Shown here: positions 24,038 through 39,184 of the stretch, one piece after another
Position numbering within the stretch: the stretch's first letter is position 1
How the letters are laid out: each line of letters begins with the position of its first letter
Assembly (NCBI GenBank): GCA_002269645.1
Contig: NIVC01000618.1
Coordinates: forward strand, 124,001 to 188,000
DNA length: 64,000 nt
From: Macrostomum lignano
Taxonomy: Eukaryota
Reading direction: 5' to 3'
The notes under the pieces: generated by a model
What the model saw: the letters and a program-made list of their open reading frames with translations, nothing else
Database searches by the model: none
Told to the model about the DNA's origin: nothing
Made by a program: the position numbers and the translations under genes

Positions 24038-24312
24038 TGTGTCCGCTTGTCCGTTTATTGATGTGTCCGCTTGTCCGTCTATGATGTGTCCGCTTGTCCG
24101 TCTATTGATGTGTCCGTTTGTCCGTCTATGATGTGTCCGCTTGTCCGTCTATTGATGTGTCCGCTTGTTCGTCTATTGATGTGTCCGCTTGTCCGTCTAT
24201 TGATGTGTCCGCTTGTCCGTCTATTGATGTGTCCGCTTGTCCGTCTATTGATGTGTCCGCTTGTCCGTCTATTGATGTGTCCGCTTGTCCGTCTATGATG
24301 TGTCCGCTTGTC
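24038..24312. repeat. 24-bp minisatellite (ATGTGTCCGCTTGTCCGTCTATTG)n
   Basis: About 11 units ending immediately upstream of the ATG of the 232-aa ORF. Confidence 0.93.
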
Positions 24313-24982
24313 CTTCGATGTCGTCACTCGTCGTTCTTATATGTGTGAATAAGTCCTTATTTTGTTTGTCCGTTTATTGTTTGTTTGTCTGTCCGCCAAT
24401 CTAGGTTTCAACATCCAGCAGCAGTCCGGGCGCCGCTTGAGAACACTCGCGCGCTGTAGAAAACGGGCTGCAGGTGAGACACCGTGAGGACGTCGGCCTG
24501 AAAGCCTCTGCAGAGAGATGGGGGGGGACTGCGGCGGCCATAGCCGATGCAGCTTTCCTCCGTTCCCCCGGTCTTCTCGGTTGGCCTGGGCCAGCTTCAC
24601 GCACCCTCCCCTCCCCCGCCACCCTACGCGACAAGACCGCGGGATAAAGCGAGCAATATGACTGACTCACTGCGTCCGTCCGGAGTCGCGCGCCACCTCT
24701 ATAACCGCAGGCTGAATGGGGGGAGGTGACAGGTTTCTGGGAGGGGGGTGGTGTTGTTTGCAGTGCAGTTTGCAGCATCTGGGCTTCATCCTACACTGTT
24801 CCCAGATCACCTCTGATATCCAATATAGCTGAGCGGGCTAGAACAAAAAATAAAGCAACTCTCTTTTAGAAGGAGACATTCACCAGCAGCTGCACTACGA
24901 TAAAATGGTGTGTCGCAGAGCCCACTATGCAGTTTGCGTTCCCAGTTTTCCCCTGTCTCCCGCTGCCATCAACAATTCCACA

Positions 24983-25028
<46 letters not shown>

Positions 25029-25404
25029 ATCACACACAGCCTGAAAGCGCATTAATTCTGAGAGGCTGGCTGAATTTCTGCTTTCACTGCGCTAAGCTAA
25101 TGCAATTTGCATTGCAGCGAGTATAATGGAAGACGAGAGAAAACTGGAAGAGAAAAGCAAAAAAAGCAGCATGAGGGCTGAGTGCTTTATTTTAAATAAT
25201 TTTGCTTTTTGTTTCAGGCTAACAGCATTGTGAAATTAGAGGAAAGCAACTCACTCACCAATAGCGATAGCCTATAGTTACTGCAGTCAGCAGCCACTTT
25301 CATTTGGCAACCATGTAGGAAAATTTCATGACCTGCAAAAGCTAAGCTGTTCCAATAAAAAATGCCTCAGAAAGGTTTAAAGGTGTGTGTTAGAAGCACT
25401 TCAA

Positions 25405-25635
25405 CATGTGTGTCAGCAGAGGGCCAAGATGTGTGTCAGCAGAGGGCCAAGATGTGTGTCAGCAGAGGGCCAAGATGTGTGTCAGCAGAGGGCCAAGATG
25501 TGTGTCAGCAGAGGGCCAAGATGTATGCCAGCAGAGGGCCAAGATGTGTGTCAGCAGAGGGCCAAGATGTGTGTCAGCAGAGGGCCAAGATGTGTGTCAG
25601 CAGAGGGCCAAGATGTGCGTCAGCAGAGGGCAAAG
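25405..25635. repeat. 23-bp minisatellite (GATGTGTGTCAGCAGAGGGCCAA)n
   Basis: About 10 units. Confidence 0.95.
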
Positions 25636-26046
25636 ATAGGTCATATATGGTGCTTTATTTACATAAAGTAACCTTCAGCTGCAAAAAAGTCGGATAGATC
25701 AAAGATCTATAAATCATTTCAAAGTGAATTGATGATTTTTTTGTATTTTAGACTCACGTCAAGTCTGCAGTTTCCCCGGGGATTAGTCTTGGTCGAAATT
25801 CAGTTTGTCTTACTGTCCGTTGTTTAAGTCGAAATTATCCTTTAGCCTCAATTTGTTCTGCCGCCGTTTCTCTCAAACTGGGTGGCATTTTTCACTCGAC
25901 ATGCCCCTCGATCGAGGAGACGTTGCACCATTAGCGTCTTTCAAGAGCAGATGGAAACAAATTGGTTTGCCTGCCGGAAGCGACAAAAGCCTTTTTATTA
26001 ACTCATTGTGAGCAGCCGGCCTTCTGTAAACTGAATGTTATTAAAC

Positions 26047-26670
<624 letters not shown>

Positions 26671-27227
26671 GACTGTCTTTCGTTATCCAGCCAGAGTAGC
26701 GTCCTATTTCAGTTGTCATGCTGGCCGTCCCTGTCTGTGCCGCATCCCAGTTGCCGATCAATCCCAAAGCCCAGCTGCTCACACTTTGCCGAGCAAACAC
26801 TTGCCACTACATCCGGGACGCTTTGAGCAGGAGAATGCTCACGGCGCGCTCACGTTGAGTTATGAACTCAAACGGCCATGCAAAACGCGTTTCAATTCAT
26901 CATTTTTTCACCGCAACAAAGGGCTGCACGTGATGTTATTAATTTTTTTGTTGCCCTATACAATCCTACCCATGCAGTTCTTAAGAAAAGAAATTTATGA
27001 AGACTGGAAATACTTCACTTGGCGTGTCTGCTCAGAGGGCATAAAGTCAATCGCAACGTCATGTTATGCTTAAAAAATCATGCCAGTATGCTTTGTTGGG
27101 GACAATGCTATCAATAGGAGTCGTTTATGATACAAAATTACTTTTTTGCTTTCATGCCCTCTGTTGTCTACTGTTAGTAAGATAAAATCATGTTTTCTAA
27201 ATAATACGGTTAGAATAGAGGTGATGC

Positions 27228-27372
27228 AGAATGTATCTGGAATTGATGAGGAATGCAGCTGGAATTGATAAGGAATGCAGCTGGAATTGATGTGGAATGC
27301 AGCTGGAATTGATGAGGAATGCAGCTGGAATTGATGTGGAATGCAGCTGGAATTGATGAGGAATGCAGCTGG
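27228..27372. repeat. 22-bp minisatellite (GAGGAATGCAGCTGGAATTGAT)n
   Basis: About 6 units. Confidence 0.9.
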
Positions 27373-28025
27373 AAGCAATGTATACAGCTAATGTGTCAAA
27401 CATTGAAATGCGCCAAGCTTTTAAAGTAAAAATACTATTGAAAATAACTGTATTGGCCAGCACGCCCTCCTTAATTCGGCTCACATCCGCATGGCAACAA
27501 AGCTGCTCTCCTGATCTGCGGTTCTGGCTGTTAGAGAGGCAGCCTGCCGCATGTTTCTGCTCTGTCCCAGTCTCAATGAATAAAAAAAATAGTTAGGCCA
27601 GGCAACCAAAGCAGAAAATTAAAGGTTGAGTAGAGGTCCCAAAAGTTTCCTGTGCAGGCTGGGGTTAAGAGTCACTGCGTGGCACAATGGGCGCTTCCGG
27701 TTTGTTTTCAAGCCATCTTGGTTGCTAGGATACCACACTGCGGGGATCTATTGAACAGCCCGAAAGCTCCTATCCATCTTGAATCTATCCCTACCCTCCC
27801 CCGACCAACCAACTCGCAAGTTCAAAAGGCAGATCTTCTTGGGTCGTGTCCATGGCAACAGTTTCTAACCGCGCTCCAAGCTGCTCCGGTGCCGGGCCTC
27901 CCCTCCTCCCCTTCCCTTCATAAGCGGCGGCGCCCGCACACTCCGCTCTGCAGGTCAGCCCCAGGAAGCTCTTGCTCGCAAGCTCAAGGAGTCGCTTAGT
28001 CGGATTTAGCCTCTATAATTCAACC

Positions 28026-28510
28026 ATGGCCGAAGTTGATCTCACGAACCGCGACCCGAACGCGCTTAACAACCATCTGTCGGTAAGTCCAACTCTTGCA
28101 ATGATTATTAGTAGCTATGGCTGAGCCCCTCACGAGTTCGCCAGCTGAAATCGATCTCCCATGCCATCCAGACAGCATTCGAAGATGTCCTTGGAGAGCC
28201 GGACGGCATCCACAGCATGGACTGCGTGTGGCGCAACTCCTACAGCTGTTTCAACTGCGGCAAGAACTGCCTGTACAAGGTGTGCACCCTGCTCTGCGGC
28301 ATCTTCATCGCCTTGTACTGGGGCTGCGTGTTCGCCGCGGTGGCGATGCAGCACATCTGGTGCATCACGCCGTCCTTCAAGGTCTGGGAGATCAACATGG
28401 CCTGCATGCGCCACTATTCCAAGTCTATCGTGGACTGCTGCCTTGGCCCGTGCTGCGAGACCTGCGGCCTGTTCCTGTCCAACATGAAGCTCACGCAGAC
28501 CAGCGGATGA
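28026..28510 (+). CDS. cav: Caveolin (131 aa, 2 exons)
   Basis: Exon 28026-28082 (MAEVDLTNRDPNALNNHLS|GTAAGT) and exon 28172-28510 (TAFEDVLGEPDGIHSMDCVW...). Caveolin signature FEDVxxEP, RDPN motif, hydrophobic hairpin and Cys-rich tail. Confidence 0.96.
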
Positions 28511-29371
28511 TCAGCCAGAGGAGGGCGCACTGAAGCCAAGCAGAACTGAGGCACCAACAGTAGAAAAACTGAAGACAAGCGCTTATGCTTTTTTTATATG
28601 CCTATATTATTCATTTTTTCGAAAATGTGCTCCTACCGGACAACAATTAACCAAAACTGTTTAGACAAAAGACTTTATTTCTAAATATGCCTATATCACT
28701 TAAAGCTGACTGATTTGATGGCAAAATACATTTGAGCAGTTATTTAATGGGAAAGTTTCAAAATAATTTCTACAAATTTCAACTAACATGTCTTCACCTT
28801 AAGTAGTCTATACAATCAATCGTGGTAGCTTGTGTCCAATACACTCAAGCACAATGATCAATTTGTTAAGAATCAACATCAAAAATCAAAAAGCTATGAA
28901 ACTAAATATGGCCGTATGTGGCGTCACCGAAAAGACAGTCAGGAGAAAACCACTATATTCACTATTCACGGCTATCAAGAGTAATAAAATCTGTTCTTTT
29001 CGAAATTTCTTGGAGTTAAAGAGTTGCCAGTGCCACGCACACACGAGCGCATAAATCACTTGAGGTTTGGAAAACAATTAACAACCCATAAAACGGAAAG
29101 ATAATGACTAAGCCGAAATTCCTTCTTGTCTTATCTCGGAAAATTTTGACACTCATTCCAAACGGCAATCTGGTACACGCTGAGGGCAATTATGGAGCAT
29201 GGCAATCAACTTCTGGCCAGTTCCCGCGAGACACGGGGAAGAGCTGAACAATAATTCCCCCGTGAGAATCAGTCATCAGGACGATTCGATCCGAATGCTG
29301 TATATAATCAATCCTGTAGCAGCTTCAGCGGCAAAAATTCCCAACAGTCATTGAGCATACCGACTCTAATC

Positions 29372-32232
29372 ATGCGCCTGTTTGTGCTCTCCCTGTGCTG
29401 CCTGCAGCTGGCCCTGCTCGCCTCCGCGGTCAAGGAGGACGAGGAGCTCTTCGACTGGCAGGAGTTCCACCTGACCATCGAGAACCCGCAGGCCGCTGCC
29501 ACTGTTCGTCATTATGTGAACGCTCGCGACGTAAGCAATGAACGTTATTTTCGAAGCGCGTAACTTGGCGGACAGCGAGTCTGAGGGTAGTTTCCTCTTA
29601 GACCTGAAACACCGAGTCTGGTGGTGCCACCATGGGTTTTCACTTCAGACGGCAGCCTCCACCATCATTCAGAATACTGCTACCTCTAGAGGCATTAGGC
29701 ACACTTAACCTTCACGATCTTCTATCAAAGTACTACCTAAAGCCATAAAGGACTAGGAATTTAGTATTCACGATGTTTAAACAAGTACTATCTCTTTTCA
29801 GTCGTTGGCAATCGGCCTAAGACGCAAGTTAAAAAACATGCTACTTTTAGTCCGCAACCCTCACCATCTGGTCATTTAAATCTATTTGTTGTCCGATAAT
29901 CAGGAAGGTCCATAATCTTTACTATAAAAAACAGATTTTGCTGTCCCACAGTTCCTCGTCGCCAACGAGAACCACTTGGGCTACACCGAGAGTGTAGTCG
30001 TGCCGCCACAAGAGGTCATCGGATTCATGGCCTTCCTCGGCAATCTGCAAGTGAAGTACGAGATTCTGGAGAAAGATGTCGGCGGGTAAGGCAACTTGTT
30101 TTGCAGAAATACTGATGAACAAATTGGTCTACCAACCAAATCAAATGAACCAACTGAATCCTACTTCAGCATGCTGCTGAGGGCCAGGCTGGAAAACAAG
30201 CTGAGCGCCAGGGCCTTCAACAATGACCCGTCGACTTACTTCGCTCAGAGCTCTGAGGTAAGGTTCTCTCTATAACCTGTGAAACGGTTTTTCAATGAAA
30301 TAATCTATCGATTCTCTACATACTCTGATGAATGCATCCGGTTGCAGATCTACACCTGGATGGAGGGCCTGGTCAGTCAGAACAACGGCGTTGCTTCTCT
30401 CGTTTCCATCGGTAGGTCTTACGAAGGCCGTAATCTTCGCGTGCTGCGGCTGAATATGAACGGCGGCTCCAACAAGCCTGTGATCTTCATTGACGCGGCC
30501 ATCCATGCCAGGGAGTGGCTGGCCCCTGCCACTCTTAACTACATCGTCAAGCAGCTTATCAACGACTACAAGGCCGGAAACAGTGAGGTCCGGGAGCTAA
30601 TGAACAAGTTTGACTGGCACTTCATGCCGGTGGTCAACCCCGACGGCTATGACTACACATTCCGATCCAGCTCGGTTAGTTCGAAGTTAAAGCTATCTAA
30701 AACGTACTCAACAGGTGCTAATTGAGCTTTAGTTTTTTTTCAAATGTTCTCCTAGACCAGATACTGGCGCAAGACCCGCAAGCCGTACAGATTCGCCTAC
30801 GGCGCCGATCCCAACCGCAACTTTGACTTCATGTTCGGCGGACCCGGAACCAGCAACAACCCGTCCAGCGACATTTACCACGGCCCGAATGCATTCTCTG
30901 AGCCGGAGACCAAGGCTTTGAGCGACTACCTGACCGGCATTAGAAACCAGCTGCAGCAGGGCATGTACATCAGCTTCCACACCTACGGACAGTGGTGGCT
31001 GACCCCGCCTGGCTACACCCGATCTCTGCCTTCCGACCACACCGAAATGGTGAGCACTTGATTCGTGAGCACCTGACTAAATTCATTACCTAATTAAAAT
31101 TGCTAAAAAACGCATTGAAACTCTACACGAACAGATGAGAGTTGGAAACGCTGCGGCAGCGGCCATCCGTGCGGTTAGCGGACAAAACTTCCGCGTTGGT
31201 CAGCCTGCCAACGTCGGCCTGTGTAAGTTTTGGGAATTGAACCAGAATAGGGATAGTTAGTTTGAAGTCAGAGCTGATGGCATCCAGGGTGTAGAGCAGT
31301 TGTTAATTTGGGTTTAACATCCGTAAAGTATATAGAATTCAGCAGTTGTTAATTTGGCTTTGTAGCGGAGGGGTTTGTAGGCCCTGGTGTGCCGAAAATC
31401 AAGGCAACTGGCGACCCCGCAGCCAGCGAGGAGCAGCCAGTAGTTATGCCCATTTCGCTCACCCTCAAGCTCGTGCTCTCGCACGGAGATGCACACAGGC
31501 TGTACAAATTTCTCTTCGTCAGTCGTGCGCACTCTGTCCAAGGAAAAGACCCAAATAGACGCGAATTGTTCGACACACTCTAAGGCAGATTTCTGTCCCG
31601 TTGAAAACGAGAGTTAAACTTGAAAGTAAATAAACGAAAAGTAACTTTTGTTGGTTAATTTACCGTATTTTAACTTTTGAAAAGGCGAATTTACGTTAGT
31701 CAACCACACTCACTTTGTAGGTTAATTTCGGTTAACAAGCTCGTGAATTAACGTAAATTTACCCTCCTTAAAGCTATAAAGTATCGTCAACAACAAACAG
31801 CAACAACAAAGTGAAACGTTAAATAACGTTTATTTACATAAAATGACGTTAATCAACCTTCAGGCTATTGTTTATTTACCCCCCCCTCGTTAATTAATTA
31901 TATTAACGTATATTAACCCTCGTTTTCAACGGGCTTGCGCTCTCAAGAAATCGACTTCGTGTACTTAGATGAGAGAGACGCCTTTCTAAGCCAGAGCTTC
32001 GTGCACTTTAAGCTTCAGTCTCTCTTCAACCGCGTCTTTTCCAGACGAGGCCGCTGGCGGCAGCTACGACTGGGTGAAGTACCGCCTGGGCGTCAAGTAC
32101 TCCTTCACGCCGGAGCTGCGGCCGTACTACAACGGCTCCCTGAGCGGTTTCTCGCCCAGCGCCAGAGAGATCCCGAATAGCGGCAAGGAGATCTACCAGG
32201 CTGTCAAGGCCGTGGTTAAGGAGATCATGTGA
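29372..32232 (+). CDS. Secreted zinc metallocarboxypeptidase, M14A (CPA/CPB-like) with signal peptide and pro-domain, about 425 aa
   Basis: Exons 29372-29530, 29952-30085, 30170-30257, 30348-30674, 30756-31049, 31135-31222, 32045-32232, all GT-AG with consistent phases. Motifs: AAIHAREW (H69/E72), NPDGY, WRKTR (R127), DPNRNF (N144/R145), SFHTYGQ (H196), AAGGSYDW, FTPELR (E270). Confidence 0.96.
31597..31933. mobile_element. MITE in carboxypeptidase intron 6
   Basis: 21-bp TIRs CCCGTTGAAAACGAG(A/G)GTTAA with one mismatch and an AT-rich interior. No clear TSD. Confidence 0.7.
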
Positions 32233-32639
32233 TTGAGCTGTTGAGCGTGATGGGGTCTTCTGAGACGTCTTCTGAGACGGGCATTCGTCTGTGCAGTTTA
32301 ATAGTTGACTGCTTTGCTATCAAGATATGAATGATTAAATAATGAATAAAATGATTCAGTGTAGCAGCAACTGTTGTAAAACCCTTCTCCGCTCTGTTAA
32401 GCGCAAATTTCTTGGAATTTTGTCTGTCTTTTATTCAAAGCCTACATGCTTAGTTCAAGGACCACTAGAATGACAATATTTGCCAGTGTTGCGTCCAGAT
32501 ACAACGGTAACTTCTAGTGGTCCTTGGCTAAGTCCTTGCTTAGGCTGTTTCTACGAGTAGAAGGAAAAGAAAATTGTTTCTACTAATGCATTACTGACAA
32601 AAAATCAAAAGTATAGTTTAAATTGCACTCTGTTGTGGG

Positions 32640-32710
32640 GCGGGGCAGCCCAGCGGCAGCTCTGGCTCTCTCGCGCTACAACTGTTGGTTCGATTCCGTT
32701 CGCGACCACA
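32640..32710 (+). mobile_element. tRNA-like SINE head fragment
   Basis: GGGGCAGCCCAGCGG...GGTTCGATTCC. Confidence 0.4.
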
Positions 32711-32889
32711 TTGATCTGCGGTTGGTGCAAAAATATTGGGAGATCAGCGGTTTATGAAGTTTGCTCACTGATACTTAAATAGAACTTTGAACGTACATGT
32801 TCACAGGGGAGGCCTTGACCAGCTGACAAAGATTAAGAAATCAGAAACGGTCTGGTCTAACACGACTTTGAATCTCACTTTTGGACACA

Positions 32890-33595
32890 CCTGTAGAAGA
32901 TTACAGCACACCCATCCGAAGGTGTAGAAGATTACAGCACACCCATCCGGAGGTGTAGAAGGTTACAGCACACCCATCCGGAGGTGTAGAAGGTTACAGC
33001 ATACCCATCCGGAGGTGTAGAAGATCACAGCATACCCATCCGGAGGTGTAGAAGATCACAGCATACCCATCCGGAGGTGTAGAAGATCACAGCATACCCA
33101 TCCGGAGGTGTAGAAGATCACAGCATACCCATCCGGAGGTGTAGAAGATCACAGCATACCCATCCGGAGGTGTAGAAGATCACAGCATACCCATCCGGAG
33201 GTGTAGAAGATCACAGCATACCCATCCGGAGGTGTAGAAGATCACAGCACACCCATCCGGAGGTGTAGAAGATTACAGCATACCCATCCGGAGGTGTAGA
33301 AGATCACAGCATACCCATCCGGAGGTGTAGAAGATCACAGCACACCCATCCGGAGGTGTAGAAGATCACAGCATACCCATCCGGAGGTGTAGAAGATCAC
33401 AGCACACCCATCCGGAGGTGTAGAAGATTACAGCACACCCATCCGAAGGTGTAGAAGATTACAGCACACCCATCCGGAGGTGTAGAAGGTTACAGCATAC
33501 CCATCCGGAGGTGTAGAAGATTACAGCATACCCATCCTTAGGTGTAGAAGATCACAGCATACCCATTCGGAAGTGTAGAAGATTACAGCATTACA
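32890..33595. repeat. 31-bp minisatellite (GAGGTGTAGAAGATCACAGCATACCCATCCG)n
   Basis: About 22 units with no unique spacers. Confidence 0.96.
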
Positions 33596-34579
33596 GCAAC
33601 TCAATGCAATCGGACTCTGCGACCGACGCAGCTGAATAAAATTGAGCCTAATTTCTGAAAAAGTGAAACAATGGCAATGATACGATATTACATGTAGCTA
33701 GTCTATCAACCTCATCAAATGCAGGTTGATTTTTATTGGCGATTCTAATATAGTAGCTCGTAAAAAAAGAAGAGTGCAATCGTGTTTGCTGTAGTAAGAT
33801 AAGCTGGGTTGGAAAATTGTTCACAGCACAGTTGTTTATCTGGAGTGATTCGAAACTGGACAGTTGACAAATTTATTGCAAATTAATTTTCGCTTTAAAT
33901 GACTCTATGTAACTGCGGAGGATTCAGCCATATGTAAGTACTGTGCGAACTAAAAAGGAGCAGTCTGGAATATTCTAGATAAGGAGTATGTATTCGCTTA
34001 TTAAAGTTAAACATATCAGTAATTGGCGATTTTATGTATAGCAATGCGTATACAAGCTATATTAACGCTCCCACTTAATTTGCATACTACCGATAACGCA
34101 GTATCAAAAGGTTTCAGAAAAACGGGCACATTTTAATAAAGGATGTTACATTGTATAGTTGTAAATTTTACCAACGATAATGTCACTTATTATCAAATTG
34201 CAATTTTGAAGTGAATTTGACGGTAATAAATAAATGTAGTTATTGGCATCTGTCAATCATGAATCATTTCGCAATATATAGTCAGTTATCATTTAACAGT
34301 TAATAATCCCTATCTCCTGGATGAGCGAACAGCATTTCTTGGAGCTTGCAATTTGCCTTTCAAGCAAGAATTAGGTGCCTTTCAGGGACAACGGGGAAAG
34401 AAGATCATCGCGGGATCTCGCTGATTTCTCTTGTAACAGTTTGCTGCTTCTTGCTACTCCAGCAACTCGGTCACTCTGATAAGTTTGAAAATATATCCAG
34501 TCGTAGAGCGTCGGTCGTTCTGATATCCAGTCCAGTAGGCATCAAAAAAGCCAGTTAGAGTTTTATTGTTATTATTTTT

Positions 34580-35615
34580 TATTGATCCAAACGATCATTT
34601 TTCTGATCTGAAAGCTGAGACAGGACTTCTGCAGCGGCCCAATAACCACTGACGACGTTGTGCTGTTCGCTCGGAAAACACCAGGCGGCAAGACGCTCGG
34701 CCCCGACGAAGTCCCGGTCGAAGCGTTGTGTGGCCTCCCAGGTCACAGGCGTCATGAAACCGCGTGCTCTCCGGCGCTCCTGCGCCCACCGAGTGGACCG
34801 TCGCGCACATCGTGCCGATTCCGAAGAAGGCTGGGACATCGCGGAAAGAAGACCACCGTGGGAACTCGCTGATGTCTTGCATCGCGAAGCTCTTCAACCG
34901 GCTGCTGTTCGATCGCCTGCAGTCGATGCTGGACCCGTACCTGTGGTTCGAGCAGAACGGAAGCAGCGGTGCAATGACACAGATCCTCGCACTCCGCCGT
35001 GTCATCGAGCAGGCGCGCATCCGGCAGTCTTACGCTGATCATTGCCTTCGTTGACTTTCGAAAGGCATTTGACTCGGAGTTGAGAGCCGTGCTTCCCTTC
35101 GTCCTTCGAGCCACCGGGTCCCACAGCAGCCAACCGTCGCTTCATATCGCTATATTGCGACACTCGAGCTACTGTGGTGACGGCGGATGGCCTGTCTGAC
35201 CTTTTCGACACTTTATCAGAAGTTCTGCAGGGCGACACGCTGGCACCGTTCCTCTTCATGGTGCTGCTGGACTGGTTGCTTCGGACTGCACTCTCCTTGG
35301 CGCAGATGCAGACGCATAGGCGAAAAGCGCCTGAGCATGCTTGGCTACGCCGACGACCTCGCCCTCTTGTTGTCCTCGTCCGTTGAAGGCGCCAGGCGCC
35401 AGATCGACAGGCTGGTCGAGGTGGCATCGAGCATCGGTCTGGTTGTCAACACGCTGAAGACCTAGGTGCTGAGTGTGCCTGCCAACATCCCAGCGGACCT
35501 GACGTGCCGCGGCACAGATGGGCAGGCTCGCACGCTGCCAGCGGTTCACCTACCTCGGCGGTCTGGTGCCGCCCTCCAATCCAAAGCGCTGCTTGACCGC
35601 CAGAGGGCTTGGCTG
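34580..35615 (+). mobile_element. Degraded non-LTR retrotransposon RT (RTE-like)
   Basis: Frameshifted RT motifs WTVAHIVPIPKK, RGNSLMSCIAKLFN, FVDFRKAFDS, VLQGDTLAPFLF, GYADDLALL, GLVVNTLKT. A second short related fragment (KEDHRGISLISLV) lies near 34390-34440. Confidence 0.92.
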
Positions 35616-35624
35616 TGGCAGACG

Positions 35625-36395
35625 GTGGTCGAAACGACAAAGTTCGTTCGTGACGACAAAAGTGGAAATGTTGCTGGAGAAGCCATGAAAATTGGAAGAC
35701 TTTACAAACTCAAAGGAGTTCCCATAGCTAACGGAGTAGCAACTGTCGCGAGATGCAACAGAATTGAATTATGACATCAGCGCTATGGAAACTCGGGTGA
35801 ACAAGCTCTAAAATGACTTATTCGAGGAAGTTTAGTTGTTGCTGTTGAATAAGAGCAATATGCAGGCTGTCGGCACCTCAATTTGTAAGGCATGCGTGGA
35901 AAGCAAATGCACAGAAAATCATTTAAGAAGGCCGAGAGCTTAATGTCCAACGGACTATTGGACTATTGAATCACAGCGATGTGTGCGGCCCAATGCAAAC
36001 CACATCAATTGGAGATGCGAAATGCTTTGTCACATCACTGATGACAGCTCGCGCTACTGTTCTGTCGATTTTCTGAAAAAAACAAGTCGATAGTTTTAGA
36101 CAAATTCAAGAATTTTCAAGCGCTAGTCACAAACTGAGCAGATAAATCTATAGAGGTTAATTGAACTGATAATGGAGGAGAGTATGCATCCGGCTAATTC
36201 GAAGCCTTCTGTTTCCAAAACGGAATAATTAATGAAACTACTGTGCCATATTCCTCAGAACAGAATGGAGTTGCAGAAAGGATTAACACAACCTTGGTGG
36301 ATGCAGCTAGGTCAATGATTGCGCATGCTGGTCTTGGCAAGGAATTCTGGGCTGAGGCTGTGGCTACTGCACTATACCTTCGCAGTACAGTCAGC
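35625..36395 (+). mobile_element. Ty1/Copia pol remnant (pre-integrase + integrase core)
   Basis: GRLYKL, CKACVESKC, HSDVCGPMQ, TDNGGEY, PYSSEQNGVAERINTTLVDAARSMIAHAGLGKEFWAEAVATA, with stops and frameshifts. Confidence 0.92.
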
Positions 36396-36471
36396 AAAGT
36401 GACACTATCAAATATGGACTGGCAACAAACCGAACGTGCAACAGTAGCGACTTTCGAAAATATAACTTGTC

Positions 36472-37190
36472 TTCGATCGGTAGCGAATGCTATTAGCCCT
36501 CGATCGGTAGCAGAGGCTATTAGCCCTCGATCGGTAGCGCATGCTATTAGCCCTCGATAGGTAGCGAATGCTAGTAGCCCTCGATCGGTAGCAGAGGCTA
36601 TTAGTCCTCGATCGGCAACAGATGCGATTAGCCCTCGATCGGTAGCGCATGCCATTAGCCCTCGATCGGTAGCGAATGCTAGTAGCCCTCGATCGGTAGC
36701 AGAGGCTATTAGTCCTCGATCGGCAACAGATGCGATTAGCCCTCGATCGGTAGCGCATGCTATTAGCCCTCGATCGGTAGCGAATGCTAGTAGCCCTCGA
36801 TCGGTAGCAGAGGCTATTAGCCCTCGATCGGTAGCAGAGGCTATTAGCCCTCGATCGGTAGCAGAGGCTATTAGCCCTCGATCGGTAGCAGAGGCTATTA
36901 GCCCTCGATCGGTAGCAGAGGCTATTAGCCCTCGATCGGTAGCAGAGGCTATTAGCCCTCGATCGGTAGCAGAGGCTATTAGCCCTCGATCGGTAGCAGA
37001 TGCTAGTAGCCATCGATCGGTAGCAAATGCTAATAACCCTCGATCGGTAGCAGATGCTATTAGCCCTCGATCGGTAGCAGAGGCTAGTAGCCATCGATCG
37101 GTAGCAAATGCTAATAACCCTCGATCGGTAACAGATGCTAGTAGTCCTCGGTCGGTAGCAGACGCTAGTAGTCCTCGGTCGATCGGTAGA
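36472..37190. repeat. 27-bp minisatellite (TATTAGCCCTCGATCGGTAGCAGAGGC)n
   Basis: About 26 units following the Copia remnant. Confidence 0.96.
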
Positions 37191-37204
37191 AGCAGTCTCC
37201 CGTA

Positions 37205-38754
<1,550 letters not shown>

Positions 38755-39184
38755 AGTCTCCCGTAAGTAGCAGATATTATACGAAAAATAGTTGTTCGGT
38801 CCTCGATCGCGAGAGCAAGTGCAACTTAATTTTTTTTTAAATGAGCAAGTCAACTGAGACCCTCAATACAAACGCTAGGCCTTTCTTAATTCATCGAAGA
38901 AAAAGCTCATTTAGACAGCAAATAGAAATAGTGAAATCTCTAGAGCGTTATGGACAAACATACAAACAAACAAACAAACATTAGAGATTTAGTGTATTGT
39001 GATTTGATTATTTCTTAATTAATAGCTATTTTTTCGCACCAGACTACTTATACTCCGTGTTTGTTGCTTGTTTGTTTCGTTTGAGTTGCACTCGCAAGTT
39101 TATCGAGCTGATTTTTTCATGAAATGCTCGGCAAAAAGCAGAGTTCTAGAGAAACTTCAGTTGTTCGAATCTCTGTTGTGCGAG

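Noticed and set aside
31314-31596. Minus-strand ORF with FVQPVCIS, reminiscent of a trypsin-like protease segment, inside carboxypeptidase intron 6
   Set aside because: No catalytic motifs (TAAHC, DIAL, GDSGGP) or clear splice sites. The similarity is too short to support.
32890-33595. CRISPR-like arrays (31-33-bp units here and at 9.4, 43.6 and 49.8 kb)
   Set aside because: Units are head-to-tail with no unique spacers, there are no cas genes, and the context is eukaryotic.
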